DNA of 64,000 nucleotides from Candidatus Lokiarchaeum ossiferum (GTDB lineage Archaea > Asgardarchaeota > Lokiarchaeia > Sigyniarchaeales > Promethearchaeaceae), in the NCBI GenBank assembly GCA_025839675.1, contig CP104013.1, positions 3,041,121 through 3,105,120 on the forward strand. Reading direction: 5' to 3'. The translations under genes were made by a program, and so were the position numbers. Below the pieces are notes generated by a model. It saw only the letters and a list, made by a program, of their open reading frames with translations, ran no database searches and had not been told where the DNA came from. Below are positions 1 through 9,233 of the stretch, in pieces (position 1 is the stretch's first letter; each line of letters starts with the position of its first letter).

Positions 1-216
1 ATCATCTCCTATCAGATCCTTCAAAATCACTAAAATCGTATACCCACCTATGGAGAAATTTTGGATTTCATCATCAAACGCCGTAGTTACTAGATTAACT
101 ACCGCACTAAGTAATCCATTCCGGGTTTCATGACTCAAAAATTCATCAGATGAGTAAAATTGAACTTCACTCAAAGGTTTATCTTTATAAAGAATTGCAG
201 TTTCTAAGATTGCCAT
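1..216 (-). CDS. hypothetical protein, N-terminal 72 codons only (gene runs off window start)
   Basis: ATG at 216-214 (minus) opens an uninterrupted frame to position 1 (MAILETAILYKDKPLSEVQFYSSDEFLSHETRNG...). It is absent from the ORF track because no stop lies inside the window. It loosely resembles small longin/roadblock-type domains but has no diagnostic motif. Confidence 0.3.
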   Translation of the reverse strand, partial: MAILETAILYKDKPLSEVQFYSSDEFLSHETRNGLLSAVVNLVTTAFDDEIQNFSIGGYTILVILKDLIGDD

Positions 217-358
217 ATTAAAAACTTACTCCGAAGTTACAAGTTATTGATTACATTTGGGAATAGATATCATTGGAATATTAACATTCAATAAATATAG
301 TATGGTAACTATGTATATTAAAAAATAATATAAAGCTTTTTAGAAAAACTCACGAATC

Positions 359-1669
359 CTACAAAATTGTTTTAAACCTATCGACTAAAATTTTTCCAAC
401 AATTTTCTCTTCAGTCATTATTTCTATCTGGGGATTCCAATACATGTTTTGAACTTCACAATCATGGCGAAAAATGTCGAAATCGGTGTGATAGTAATGA
501 AGAAATTCAAAATATTCTTGCATAGCAATATTTTGCCATTTTGCAAATAGGGCAACCCGTATTCTTTGACCTTTAAATTTTATATCATAAACACAGGTGG
601 GAACGAATTTATGTTCTATCAACTTTTGAATGATGCAATTGTTTGCTATCATGGAGTCTTGTGTCGAAAAATCGGAAATCTGGAGTGTTATATTAACAGA
701 TTTCATAGAATCAACATTAATATCCGTAAGAAAGTCAAGAGATGATACAGACTCAATTGCTACGGCCATATTGTTAAGATCAGGAGCGGCATAAAGAGAA
801 AAGGTAAATTTGGAATTTTTACTAGAATTGATTCGCTTTTTCGTTTTTAAATTTCCATATATTTTAGTAAATTGCTTTAAATGATTCCAATCGTAAGTTT
901 TTTCTTTAATAACGATATTTTTCTCCGAAAAAATCGAAACATTTTGATATTTAGGATTTAAATCCTTATGAAATTCAGAATTAAAGATATGGAAGCCTAA
1001 ATCTTGGACAATAGAGGGAAGATATACTGTCTTTTCAACGATTTGCCCCAAAGTTGGCCAAGCATCATAAAATAAGCCAAATTCTAATAAATAATTCCCT
1101 TTTTTATTCTTATTTGCAATATAAAATGGAACAAATCCTTTTGGATAAGCCACATTCACAATTTTTCCAGTTGTATCTGGAAGTTGACCTCTATGAACTT
1201 GTAATTGAGTCGCAGCTGATGCCATTCGCGCAGATATGTAAAATGGATTACCTTGTTTGAGAAAGAAAAAAGCATATTCTCGAATTCGACGAGCTTCAAC
1301 GGATTGGAATCCTTTTTTTCTATATTTCTTTGATATAAGTGACAATCCCACTTCAATATATTCAACGTTTCTTTTACTAAACTGATAAAGTGCTATAGTT
1401 CCTACTATATCCTTCTTCTTTTTATGATAAAAAGCGCAAAAAATTGTACCTTGATCAAATTTAATATGACCACCAAAAGAATCATAAGTTTCCTTAATTA
1501 AGTTTTCAATATCTTTTTGGATTTTCTCATTCGCCTCTTGCTCAGTTTCAAAGATCGAGTCGAAATCAAATATCTTTCCGTTAATAATGTCAATAATGTG
1601 TATGTTTTTATGCTTCTCTTCGTGAGATTGTCGAATTCGATGGAGCTCATCAATTGACCAATGGATCAT
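359..1669 (-). CDS. hypothetical protein with GNAT-acetyltransferase-like segment
   Basis: 436-aa ORF. The segment VGTIALYQF...IEVGLSLISKKYRKKGFQSVEARRIREYA resembles the GNAT acetyl-CoA binding motif (R/Q-x-x-G-x-G/A); the rest is unassigned. Confidence 0.4.
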   Translation of the reverse strand: MIHWSIDELHRIRQSHEEKHKNIHIIDIINGKIFDFDSIFETEQEANEKIQKDIENLIKETYDSFGGHIKFDQGTIFCAFYHKKKKDIVGTIALYQFSKRNVEYIEVGLSLISKKYRKKGFQSVEARRIREYAFFFLKQGNPFYISARMASAATQLQVHRGQLPDTTGKIVNVAYPKGFVPFYIANKNKKGNYLLEFGLFYDAWPTLGQIVEKTVYLPSIVQDLGFHIFNSEFHKDLNPKYQNVSIFSEKNIVIKEKTYDWNHLKQFTKIYGNLKTKKRINSSKNSKFTFSLYAAPDLNNMAVAIESVSSLDFLTDINVDSMKSVNITLQISDFSTQDSMIANNCIIQKLIEHKFVPTCVYDIKFKGQRIRVALFAKWQNIAMQEYFEFLHYYHTDFDIFRHDCEVQNMYWNPQIEIMTEEKIVGKILVDRFKTIL

Positions 1670-1809
1670 CAGTTAATATTATATCAACTCGGGATAAAAT
1701 AATTTCCTATTTTTCTTAGGATTTAAATGAAAATACAGAATTGTATCAGTGACCATGCTATGTAATAAAATAATAAAGAAAAAGAAAAATGGAGTATTAT
1801 GGAAAAAAA

Positions 1810-2532
1810 TTAGTTTTCAGGTTCCTTCTTCAATCCAAAATACAATAGAAATGCCCCAGGAAGAATAAAGATCAATTGAAATATTAATCCAATCAATCGC
1901 ATCGGAGAATCAGTACTATCTCCACCAAATGTATGCGCGAGGTATGCGCCGATCAATTGTAAATCGAAACATAAGATACCGACTATACTTCGCATGAACT
2001 TTGTACTATACTTATTAGCGCCCATTTTAGTTTTTATTTTCATTGCATAATAAATTATAAAGACGAAGATTATTTGGGAACAAATCAATCCATAAAAACC
2101 AAAAGAAAACTCGTAAATGGGCACACCAGCAATAGGACCCCAACTAACCTGATCAAAAATGATCCCAATTATTGGTAACCCTAAAAGAGCAACAGCATAA
2201 ATTATTGTATATATCAATTGTCGTTTCAAAGTGTGAATTTGAGATGAAAAATACAAATTTAACACAAAATTAAGCAGTTGTACTCCTGCTAAAGTGGTGA
2301 AATATATGGTAAAAATATTAAGAACAATATTTACTGTCTCTTCATCAATTGCCCGATAAATAATATTCAGAATCAACCCCACTGAAATTGTTAAGAAATA
2401 TAAAGTGAGGGACATGGAAAGGCGATTTCTATTACGTTTAAGGAGAAAATAACTAAAAATAACGAATAAAATAATTATGATTCCGTTAAAAACAAAAGTT
2501 TGGATTTGTGGATTAGTTAATTGTTGAATCAT
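1810..2532 (-). CDS. integral membrane protein (multi-TM), unknown function
   Basis: 240 aa, about 7 hydrophobic helices, no recognisable catalytic motif. Confidence 0.5.
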   Translation of the reverse strand: MIQQLTNPQIQTFVFNGIIIILFVIFSYFLLKRNRNRLSMSLTLYFLTISVGLILNIIYRAIDEETVNIVLNIFTIYFTTLAGVQLLNFVLNLYFSSQIHTLKRQLIYTIIYAVALLGLPIIGIIFDQVSWGPIAGVPIYEFSFGFYGLICSQIIFVFIIYYAMKIKTKMGANKYSTKFMRSIVGILCFDLQLIGAYLAHTFGGDSTDSPMRLIGLIFQLIFILPGAFLLYFGLKKEPEN

Positions 2533-2653
2533 ATGTTTATTTCTGCATGAATTATATATAAATTGTAACTTTTACAAGAATTTTTCTAAATATTACAATT
2601 TTCAAGAATAATTTTTTCTTTTAATTAAATGAAAAGTTTTGGTTTGAAATATA

Positions 2654-3493
2654 TCATTTTTCATCCTTGAGTAAATCTCCGTACAATCGTTCAGCACATT
2701 CTGGGCAAATACTATGGGAAAATTCCGCTTCGGAATGATTTCTAATATACTGTTCAATTTGGGTCCATGATCCTCGGTCATCTCTAATTTTTTTACATTC
2801 AGAACATATTGGCAGATATCCTGTTAGTTCCTTCACTTGGGCTTTTGTGTGTTGTAATTCTTGATGTAATGCGGCGATTGTTGATCGAGGGCTTATCATT
2901 TTTTGAAGAGCAGGCCCATCAAGAATTTCATAGTCGGATTGCCCAGGATCAATTTGGTTTATTAAATCGTAGATCTTTAATTGCAGGTTTAAATTTTTTT
3001 GGTCCAGTTCGGTGCATGCTGTTGCTAAGTTTTGATTTTGAGAAGATAGTTCTTCCGCTTGTACTGTAATCTCCTTAAAAGCATGATACTCCATCCTTTC
3101 TGTCATAGAAGCGTAAATACATATTGGATTATATTGATCATCATAAACAATATTAGAAACGCAGTGTAAAATGTTAATCACGCCCATCTCACCGCACACT
3201 TCCATTTCTCCAATCCAATAACCATCTTCCTTCAAGTACTTAAACAGATGGTCAAAACCTTTTTCAGATTTAAGAATATTCTGAATTTTAGTCACTGAAA
3301 AATCATAAATATCTGGAAATCCAGTCATCATACGAAAATTCCGATTTGTATAGAGAATAGTTCCGTCAAAATGGAATAAAGCAACCCCCCCAAATGCATG
3401 TTCTAAAGCCATCTTCTGAATATGATCAATTGAATGTTCTGATGTTTTATAGGAATCGAAAAAAGAGGATTTTTCGAATGGGGTTTGTTTCAC
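2654..3493 (-). CDS. PAS-domain sensor protein with coiled coil and C-terminal Cys4 (CxxC...CxxC) module
   Basis: N-terminal PAS-like fold (FHFDGTILYTNRNFRMMTGF...), central coiled coil, C-terminal LPICSECKKIRDDRGSWTQIEQYIRNHSEAEFSHSICPECAERLY with two CxxC pairs. Confidence 0.55.
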   Translation of the reverse strand: MKQTPFEKSSFFDSYKTSEHSIDHIQKMALEHAFGGVALFHFDGTILYTNRNFRMMTGFPDIYDFSVTKIQNILKSEKGFDHLFKYLKEDGYWIGEMEVCGEMGVINILHCVSNIVYDDQYNPICIYASMTERMEYHAFKEITVQAEELSSQNQNLATACTELDQKNLNLQLKIYDLINQIDPGQSDYEILDGPALQKMISPRSTIAALHQELQHTKAQVKELTGYLPICSECKKIRDDRGSWTQIEQYIRNHSEAEFSHSICPECAERLYGDLLKDEK

Positions 3494-3639
3494 ATAGAAC
3501 TAAGGGGAACTTAAGTATTTGTGATAAATCTCTCCAAAGGTTTATAGAAAAGATTTCAAAATTTTTTTCACAATCTAATTTTATCTACTAACACGCATTT
3601 TTGAAGAATAATGTATCTTAAAATATTTGGAGGATTTTC

Positions 3640-4443
3640 ATGGCTGACACACCAATTGTAATCATCATTCTCGCGCTGATCTACATATCAAGTCTTTTAT
3701 TAATAGGGATATTTCTATTTTACAGAAGTATTAGAACTAAACTCCTTAACTTACGTGTTTTAGGGTTTGCTTTCATTGGTTTTGTAGTAGATTTTATTCT
3801 TATTTTTCTCAAAGCACCTTCTTTCTTAATAAATATTGTCGTGAATACTTGTTTTATTCTAATGACAATATTTACCTATACAACATTTTATAAAGGTCGC
3901 AAGAGATTGGGTACTATTTTTATAGGTGCAGTTATACTATTACGTTTAATAGACTGTATTGCACGGTGGAATTATAATTTCACCACACCACTTGCTTCTC
4001 CACTGACAGATGAGAGTAGAATCTATTATTATATCTTTCAATTCGCGGTTCGGGGAGAATTTACAATAGGTACCGGATGGCTTGCCTATTCATCACTCTC
4101 AACTTATTCCAATCAGAGAAAAATGGAAGACATTGAACCCTGGATCCAGAAACGTTATTTCATTTTAGGGATAGGAGCCCTAGTTTTTCTCTTGCAAGAT
4201 CTATTTGTTTTTCTGTTACCGATGGATGGGACAGGATACACAAGTCCACAAGGTATAATTGTAGGCATTTTACTGTTAATTGTCAGTATATTTTTTGGAG
4301 CCACTCAGCTAATTGGTTGGATCATGCCTCCCAAGTTGAAAGCCTATTTCAATCGCGATTTTCAACCCAAAAATAGTAACCAAAATGTTGATGAAGATCT
4401 TACTGAAGAAGAACTAATGAAGCAACTCATGGAGGATGTTTAA
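3640..4443 (+). CDS. integral membrane protein, unknown function
   Basis: 267 aa, 6-7 TM helices, acidic C-terminal tail. Confidence 0.5.
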   Translation: MADTPIVIIILALIYISSLLLIGIFLFYRSIRTKLLNLRVLGFAFIGFVVDFILIFLKAPSFLINIVVNTCFILMTIFTYTTFYKGRKRLGTIFIGAVILLRLIDCIARWNYNFTTPLASPLTDESRIYYYIFQFAVRGEFTIGTGWLAYSSLSTYSNQRKMEDIEPWIQKRYFILGIGALVFLLQDLFVFLLPMDGTGYTSPQGIIVGILLLIVSIFFGATQLIGWIMPPKLKAYFNRDFQPKNSNQNVDEDLTEEELMKQLMEDV

Positions 4444-4726
4444 CCCATTGAATTTGATTGTTCATTTTGGTAATTTTTTAGCTCAGCAATTAGGTAAACC
4501 AGAAAAAAGTGGCGCTATCTGCGGTTTCTTACGTTTAGCCTTAAAAAAAGAATATGGGACCGAGGGGGTTGATAATCTCACACCAGATAAACTTAAACAA
4601 GTTTTACAAGGAGAATTACAACAAAAACTAATGATTTTAAAGGTGACCACATTATCTGACGCCATCACTGCTACAATGAAGGAGGTTACCCGCAACCAAT
4701 CTTTATTTACCATGAATCAAGCTTAA
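4436..4726 (+). CDS. small hypothetical protein
   Basis: 96-aa ORF whose ATG overlaps the stop of the upstream membrane gene by 8 nt (possible translational coupling). Followed by an 11-T run. Confidence 0.3.
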   Translation: MFNPLNLIVHFGNFLAQQLGKPEKSGAICGFLRLALKKEYGTEGVDNLTPDKLKQVLQGELQQKLMILKVTTLSDAITATMKEVTRNQSLFTMNQA

Positions 4727-4744
4727 AGGGAGTTAGGTGGAAAG

Positions 4745-4755
4745 TTTTTTTTTTT
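4745..4755 (+). terminator. oligo-T archaeal-type terminator candidate
   Basis: Run of 11 T directly downstream of the 4436..4726 ORF and upstream of tRNA-Val. Confidence 0.3.
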
Positions 4756-4839
4756 CAAAATCTCATTTTGGATTAAATACAAAGTATTGAATCGAAAAAA
4801 ATAAAATGGATATTTCATTGATATCAATTGTATTTTAAA

Positions 4840-4915
4840 GGGCTGTTGGTTTAGTGGTTATAACGCCACGCTTACACCGTGGAAGTCCCCGGTTCAATCC
4901 CGGGACGGCCCACCA
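4840..4915 (+). tRNA. tRNA-Val (anticodon UAC), CCA encoded
   Basis: Folded by hand. Acceptor GGGCUGU/ACGGCCC (one GU), anticodon stem CCACG/CGUGG, loop CUUACAC gives anticodon UAC. T-arm CCCGG-UUCAAUC-CCGGG, 5-nt variable loop, discriminator A, then CCA. No intron. Confidence 0.9.
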
Positions 4916-4992
4916 TTTTTCTTTAAAATTTTTAGAATTAGGACTTTTTCAAAAAAAAATCGACTTTTAAAAAGTTCAGGAAGAACTATCAT

Positions 4993-5736
4993 TTGATAGT
5001 GATGGAACTAACAGATTTGCAATGTGATTTATCCGAATGTCATTGTATCCAAACACTCCAAAATGATCCTGAAGCAGTAAATTTCTTACAAAAGTTGCAC
5101 GTTCCCAAGGATATAATTGCAAATCTCTACTTATTTACTATTCCGTCTAAGAAAGATAATCTCTATCGTTTGCACTATGGTTATTTACAAGAACAAAACC
5201 CCTATCGCGAATTGGATTTTTCTTATGATGATTGGTTGCTGGCATATTTAGCTGCAGAAAATCGCGGTTGGGGGGTAATTTCACGGGACTATCACTTAAC
5301 CTATGGGATTCACCAATATCTCGATTATGCTGCATTTTTACCTGAAGATGTACATGACCTACCAGCAGATAGCATGCTGTTATTAGACACGAACATAGTA
5401 TTGCATTTTATGGAACAACGACAACATGATCAAAAAGAAATTATGCAAATGTTTTCTTTAAATCCATCAATTACATTTTTACTATCAGAAAACATACTCC
5501 GAGAACTCGGGAGAGTATATCAGAAAAAGTTCAGAACCCCGGATAAGTGGAATAAAAGAAAACCGAATCAAAACCTGAAAATGGATTTTCAAGAAATCCA
5601 AGAAGAAGAGATATACCAATTTGTGGATAATTTTACTCGTTTCGAATCAGGAAAACAGCGTCGATTGCGAAAACAGCAAAAAAAACAAAAGAATTACGCA
5701 AAATATAGATCGAAATGGACTCGGTGTTTGAATTAA
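4993..5736 (+). CDS. hypothetical protein
   Basis: 247-aa ORF with Cys-rich N-terminus (CDLSECHC) and basic C-terminal tail. An internal LLLDTNIVL segment is superficially PIN-like but misplaced for a PIN fold. Confidence 0.4.
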   Translation: MIVMELTDLQCDLSECHCIQTLQNDPEAVNFLQKLHVPKDIIANLYLFTIPSKKDNLYRLHYGYLQEQNPYRELDFSYDDWLLAYLAAENRGWGVISRDYHLTYGIHQYLDYAAFLPEDVHDLPADSMLLLDTNIVLHFMEQRQHDQKEIMQMFSLNPSITFLLSENILRELGRVYQKKFRTPDKWNKRKPNQNLKMDFQEIQEEEIYQFVDNFTRFESGKQRRLRKQQKKQKNYAKYRSKWTRCLN

Positions 5737-5784
5737 GTAAATTTTGATAAAGAATTAGAGTAAAAAAAGGTGAAAGAAAAAAAA

Positions 5785-6915
5785 TTAGATATTGGCTTTC
5801 TTCAATTTGGTTAATAAATATATCACTAACATAGAGATACCTGCAATTTCATAAACACCGGGGATTATTTGCCTGATATAGCTAACTTGGGCAGGATTTC
5901 TTCCTTCACCTCGAGCTGTATTTACAATGGAAAGCCCCCCTTTACCTAAGATTAATACATCATCCCCAAATGGAAGAATTGAGCGCATACCTCGTCGATC
6001 AACGAAGTCACACTGTTCAATAACACTCGGAAGATTGCTAATATCCAGAGTTTTCAACCCAGCGAAATAGTCGGCGATATAAAGAGTGGAATCTTCCATT
6101 AAAACAGATCGAGGAATACTATTTGAAAATACACTAATTCTGTATATATTGGTTAAATCGCTAATATTAAAAATAACCATCCCATGAATTCCATCCGAAA
6201 CAAACATCAAATCATTTGAAACAGATACGGTACGAGCTTCATCAATTATACTTATATAACCATAATCATCCACTTGCGAGACTAATTGAGGAGAAGTTGG
6301 ATCTTCGACATCATAAATAACTACACCTTGCCCATAGCTGGCTAAAAATACAATTCCATCTTGATATGCAATTCCACGTTCATTTTGATCAATTAATAGG
6401 ATTGGTGTTTCTGATAGCTTTTGAATATGTGAAGGGTCGCTCACATTCAAAATGAGAAATGACTCCCGAGTATTTAAATATGCAATTCCCTCGTTAACAT
6501 ATATCCCACAGATCATGCTTTCCCGGTCATAATGACCAATTTCTACAATATTAATGGGATCAGTAACATCATAGATCGAAAGATTTTTGTAATTAAGAAG
6601 ATAATATGTATGATTCACCAGAAAATGATCAGTTACATACGTATTGGGGACATTTACCTGATTAATCAGTTCGGGATTATTTGAATCACTAAAATTATAG
6701 ACCTTAAATCCATACAATTCATATGAAATGAAGGCAATATCATTATGAAGCGAAACTTTGACCCCATCATCACGACCAACATCTAAATACATTTCTTCGG
6801 TTGTGTCGTACCATATCCGAGTAGTAGAAATCTGAAAATAAATCCCTAATCCTCCAGAGAGGAGGACTAAGACGATTGAAAAAGTGATTAATAATTTTTT
6901 TTTATAAGCTTCCAT
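5785..6915 (-). CDS. LVIVD-repeat beta-propeller surface protein with N-terminal signal/TM and C-terminal TM anchor
   Basis: Repeated (I/V)YDVxDPxxP motifs (IYDVTDPINIV, ILNVSDPSHIQ, IYDVEDPTSPQ, IFNISDLTNIY) typical of LVIVD repeats. Hydrophobic N-terminus (LLITFSIVLVLLSGGLGIY) and C-terminus (IAGISMLVIYLLTKL). Confidence 0.55.
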   Translation of the reverse strand: MEAYKKKLLITFSIVLVLLSGGLGIYFQISTTRIWYDTTEEMYLDVGRDDGVKVSLHNDIAFISYELYGFKVYNFSDSNNPELINQVNVPNTYVTDHFLVNHTYYLLNYKNLSIYDVTDPINIVEIGHYDRESMICGIYVNEGIAYLNTRESFLILNVSDPSHIQKLSETPILLIDQNERGIAYQDGIVFLASYGQGVVIYDVEDPTSPQLVSQVDDYGYISIIDEARTVSVSNDLMFVSDGIHGMVIFNISDLTNIYRISVFSNSIPRSVLMEDSTLYIADYFAGLKTLDISNLPSVIEQCDFVDRRGMRSILPFGDDVLILGKGGLSIVNTARGEGRNPAQVSYIRQIIPGVYEIAGISMLVIYLLTKLKKANI

Positions 6916-7387
6916 GCTAGCACTTCCTTATTCTTACAATAGTCATGGATTTTTCATTTATAAATATTTTTCATTTCTTCTGAATTTTAGTCCATAATTT
7001 TTGATATATTTATTCTCGCTTCTAGAAATTTTTTACTGAGTTTAAGGGAGTAAAATGATCAAAGAGCAAAATTTTAGCAAAATTCATTGATTCCATTTTT
7101 CTGAAGAATCACTTAACGATTTGTTTATATTAAAAGGAAGATTAAATTTGAAAAGCAAAAGCAAGACCAAACTCATTTTTCAATTTATGGAAAATAATCA
7201 AGAAAGCACTAGACCGTTTATTTTCTTTTTGCAAAAAATAGAAAAAGAAAATATTTATATAGTCGGAGTTTTTAAATAAAAATAAGACCCTTGCAAAAAA
7301 TGGAAAAAGCAAGAAAATGTTTCAATGGTCTCAATTCTAATAATGATTCAAATTTATCAAAATCAGTGATATAAAGGAAGAAAACTA

Positions 7388-7618
7388 ATGGCAAACCCAA
7401 AAATATCGAGAAAAGTTTATCGAAATTTGCTTATTTTCATGTTTTGCACAGCAATCTTCGATTTAATTGTAGGTTTAATATCGGGACCGAATTATTTTTT
7501 AATTTTAATGGCAGGATCGTTGATTGTATCCTCATCGGGCATTTCAGCATTAATAATCAAACAATCAACCGAAATCCTTGATGTAACTAACCTTGGAGAA
7601 GAGCAAAATGGAATCTAA
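7388..7618 (+). CDS. small two-TM membrane protein (uncertain)
   Basis: 76-aa ORF with two hydrophobic helices; its 3' end overlaps the start of the CPBP protease gene. Confidence 0.25.
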   Translation: MANPKISRKVYRNLLIFMFCTAIFDLIVGLISGPNYFLILMAGSLIVSSSGISALIIKQSTEILDVTNLGEEQNGI

Positions 7619-8372
7619 AAATGATACTAGTGTAGTGACACTCGAGACTATTTGGGATAAGGATGGTCGGGAAGATATTCGTATCTCCAAAAAAAGTAAT
7701 CCCATTTGGTTGACACTTCTTATAACTGTGATTGTGGCAGGCATTTTTTTAGTTATTCAAAATTTAACCTATGACCCAGTAGTGAATTGGCTTGGAATGA
7801 CGGGATTTACGCTGCTTACGGGTTTTACTGCATTGGTAGTCTGGGGTGGAGGTTTGATAGCTTTTGGAATCATGACAAAACGACTGACTTGGGAAGATGT
7901 TAAAGCAAAACCTGTCCAATTTGGCGGGATAAAGTGGATCGCTAGAACGTTTGGAATTGCAATTTTGTCATATATTGCCTCCATTATTATCTCTGTAGTG
8001 ATGGTAAGTATTTTACCCGTTCAACCCAATGAAGTTCGAGCAGAAATTGTGATGGGGGGAGGAAATCTTGCGATTGGAGTTCTTACAGCATCAATTCTAG
8101 TACCCATCGCTGAAGAACTATTTTTCCGGGGATATCTATTTACATCCCTACGAAAACGTAGTAGTTTCTGGATTGCAGCCATAATTAGTTCGGCCTGCTT
8201 TGGATTAATACATGGAGATCCTATAGCTATAGTTTATGCATTCATGTTAGGACTAATTATCGCAGGAGTATATGAAAAAAGCAAATCAATTTACATTTCA
8301 ATTTTACTTCACATGTTAATTAATTTTATTTCCACCATGGTAGGGATGTTAATTCAAACCTACTTGATGTGA
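7593..8372 (+). CDS. CPBP-family (CAAX/Abi) intramembrane metalloprotease
   Basis: Motifs EELFFRGYLF (EExxxR), FGLIHG and HMLINF (HxxxN) in a multi-TM protein. Confidence 0.7.
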   Translation: MEKSKMESKNDTSVVTLETIWDKDGREDIRISKKSNPIWLTLLITVIVAGIFLVIQNLTYDPVVNWLGMTGFTLLTGFTALVVWGGGLIAFGIMTKRLTWEDVKAKPVQFGGIKWIARTFGIAILSYIASIIISVVMVSILPVQPNEVRAEIVMGGGNLAIGVLTASILVPIAEELFFRGYLFTSLRKRSSFWIAAIISSACFGLIHGDPIAIVYAFMLGLIIAGVYEKSKSIYISILLHMLINFISTMVGMLIQTYLM

Positions 8373-8416
8373 TTTTTTTTATTGAGAAAAAATAAAAGCA
8401 ACGTAGGAAAAATAAA

Positions 8417-9214
8417 ATGGCCACAAACGAAGAGGTACTCTTAAAAGTTGATCATTTATCAAAATCTTTTGAAAATGTTCACGCTGTTGATGGATTGTCA
8501 CTTGAAATTAAACGAGGAAAAATTTTTGGATTATTAGGTCCAAATGGAGCGGGAAAGACAACAACGGTTAAAATGCTGTTAGGACTCTTGGAACCTGATG
8601 AGGGAGAAATCTCAATTTTAGGATTACACCCCGAACGAGATGAGATTGAACTGAAAAATCGTATTGGTTATGTATCTGAAGAACCATTAATTTATAAATC
8701 TCTAACACCTAAAGAATTATTCAACTTCATCGCTTCTATCCGAAAATTAGATGGAGAAAAAGTTACCCAAAAATTGGCGGAATATTTGGAAGGATTGAGT
8801 GCAATCGAGTATTATGAGCGACTAATTTCTACCTTATCCCGAGGAAATAAACAAAAAATTCAAATAATTGCCGCTTTAATGCATGATCCTGCTCTATTGA
8901 TCATGGATGAGCCGTTATCAGGTTTAGATGCGAAATCAGTAAAAGTTGTGAAGGAAATTTTAGAATTACATACACAACGGGGAGGATCAGTTTTATTTTC
9001 AACCCACATCATGGAAATTGCAGAAGACTTATGTGATGAAATAGCGATAATAAACAAGGGTCAAGTTGTAGCTCAAGGAACTGTTGCAGAGTTACGACAA
9101 CGTGCAAACATGTTAGACGAAAAGATGGATTTGGAAGATATTTTCTTGAAATTAACTGATCAAGATGAATCCATAAATCATATCGTTGAAAAATTACGCG
9201 CAACTATATATTAA
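8417..9214 (+). CDS. ABC transporter ATP-binding protein
   Basis: Walker A GLLGPNGAGKTTT, ABC signature LSRGNKQKIQ, Walker B LLIMDEP, H-loop. Confidence 0.85.
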   Translation: MATNEEVLLKVDHLSKSFENVHAVDGLSLEIKRGKIFGLLGPNGAGKTTTVKMLLGLLEPDEGEISILGLHPERDEIELKNRIGYVSEEPLIYKSLTPKELFNFIASIRKLDGEKVTQKLAEYLEGLSAIEYYERLISTLSRGNKQKIQIIAALMHDPALLIMDEPLSGLDAKSVKVVKEILELHTQRGGSVLFSTHIMEIAEDLCDEIAIINKGQVVAQGTVAELRQRANMLDEKMDLEDIFLKLTDQDESINHIVEKLRATIY

Positions 9215-9233
9215 TAGAAGAGTGAAAATCAGA

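Noticed and set aside
1054-1365. Antisense/embedded short ORFs listed in the six-frame track (1054..1260, 1156..1365). Similar cases: 2809..3069, 4483..4713, 5147..5335, 7769..7984, 8860..9203, 10171..10410, 12438..12777, 15989..16226, 17278..17928, 19118..19306, 19450..19722, 19940..20230, 23512..23793, 25502..25717, 27886..28116, 29496..30031, 30620..31063, 33291..33479, 34047..34325, 34836..35027, 38476..39528, 40008..40709, 40827..42088, 42603..42940, 43313..43825, 44116..44313, 45121..45354, 47985..49216, 54939..55271, 57108..57302, 59668..59874 and 62298..62531.
   Set aside because: Each lies inside or opposite a longer ORF with clear protein motifs. They have no motifs of their own and are compositionally biased, as expected by chance in AT-rich DNA.
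4993-5736. PIN-domain nuclease call for the 247-aa ORF
   Set aside because: The LLLDTNIV segment sits mid-protein rather than at the N-terminal strand of a PIN fold, and the other acidic residues could not be placed. Left as hypothetical.
9186-9233. Permease start at 9186 overlapping the ABC ATPase by 29 nt
   Set aside because: An in-frame ATG at 9234 just downstream of the ATPase stop gives a non-overlapping gene. The first 16 residues of the longer form are hydrophilic and unnecessary.
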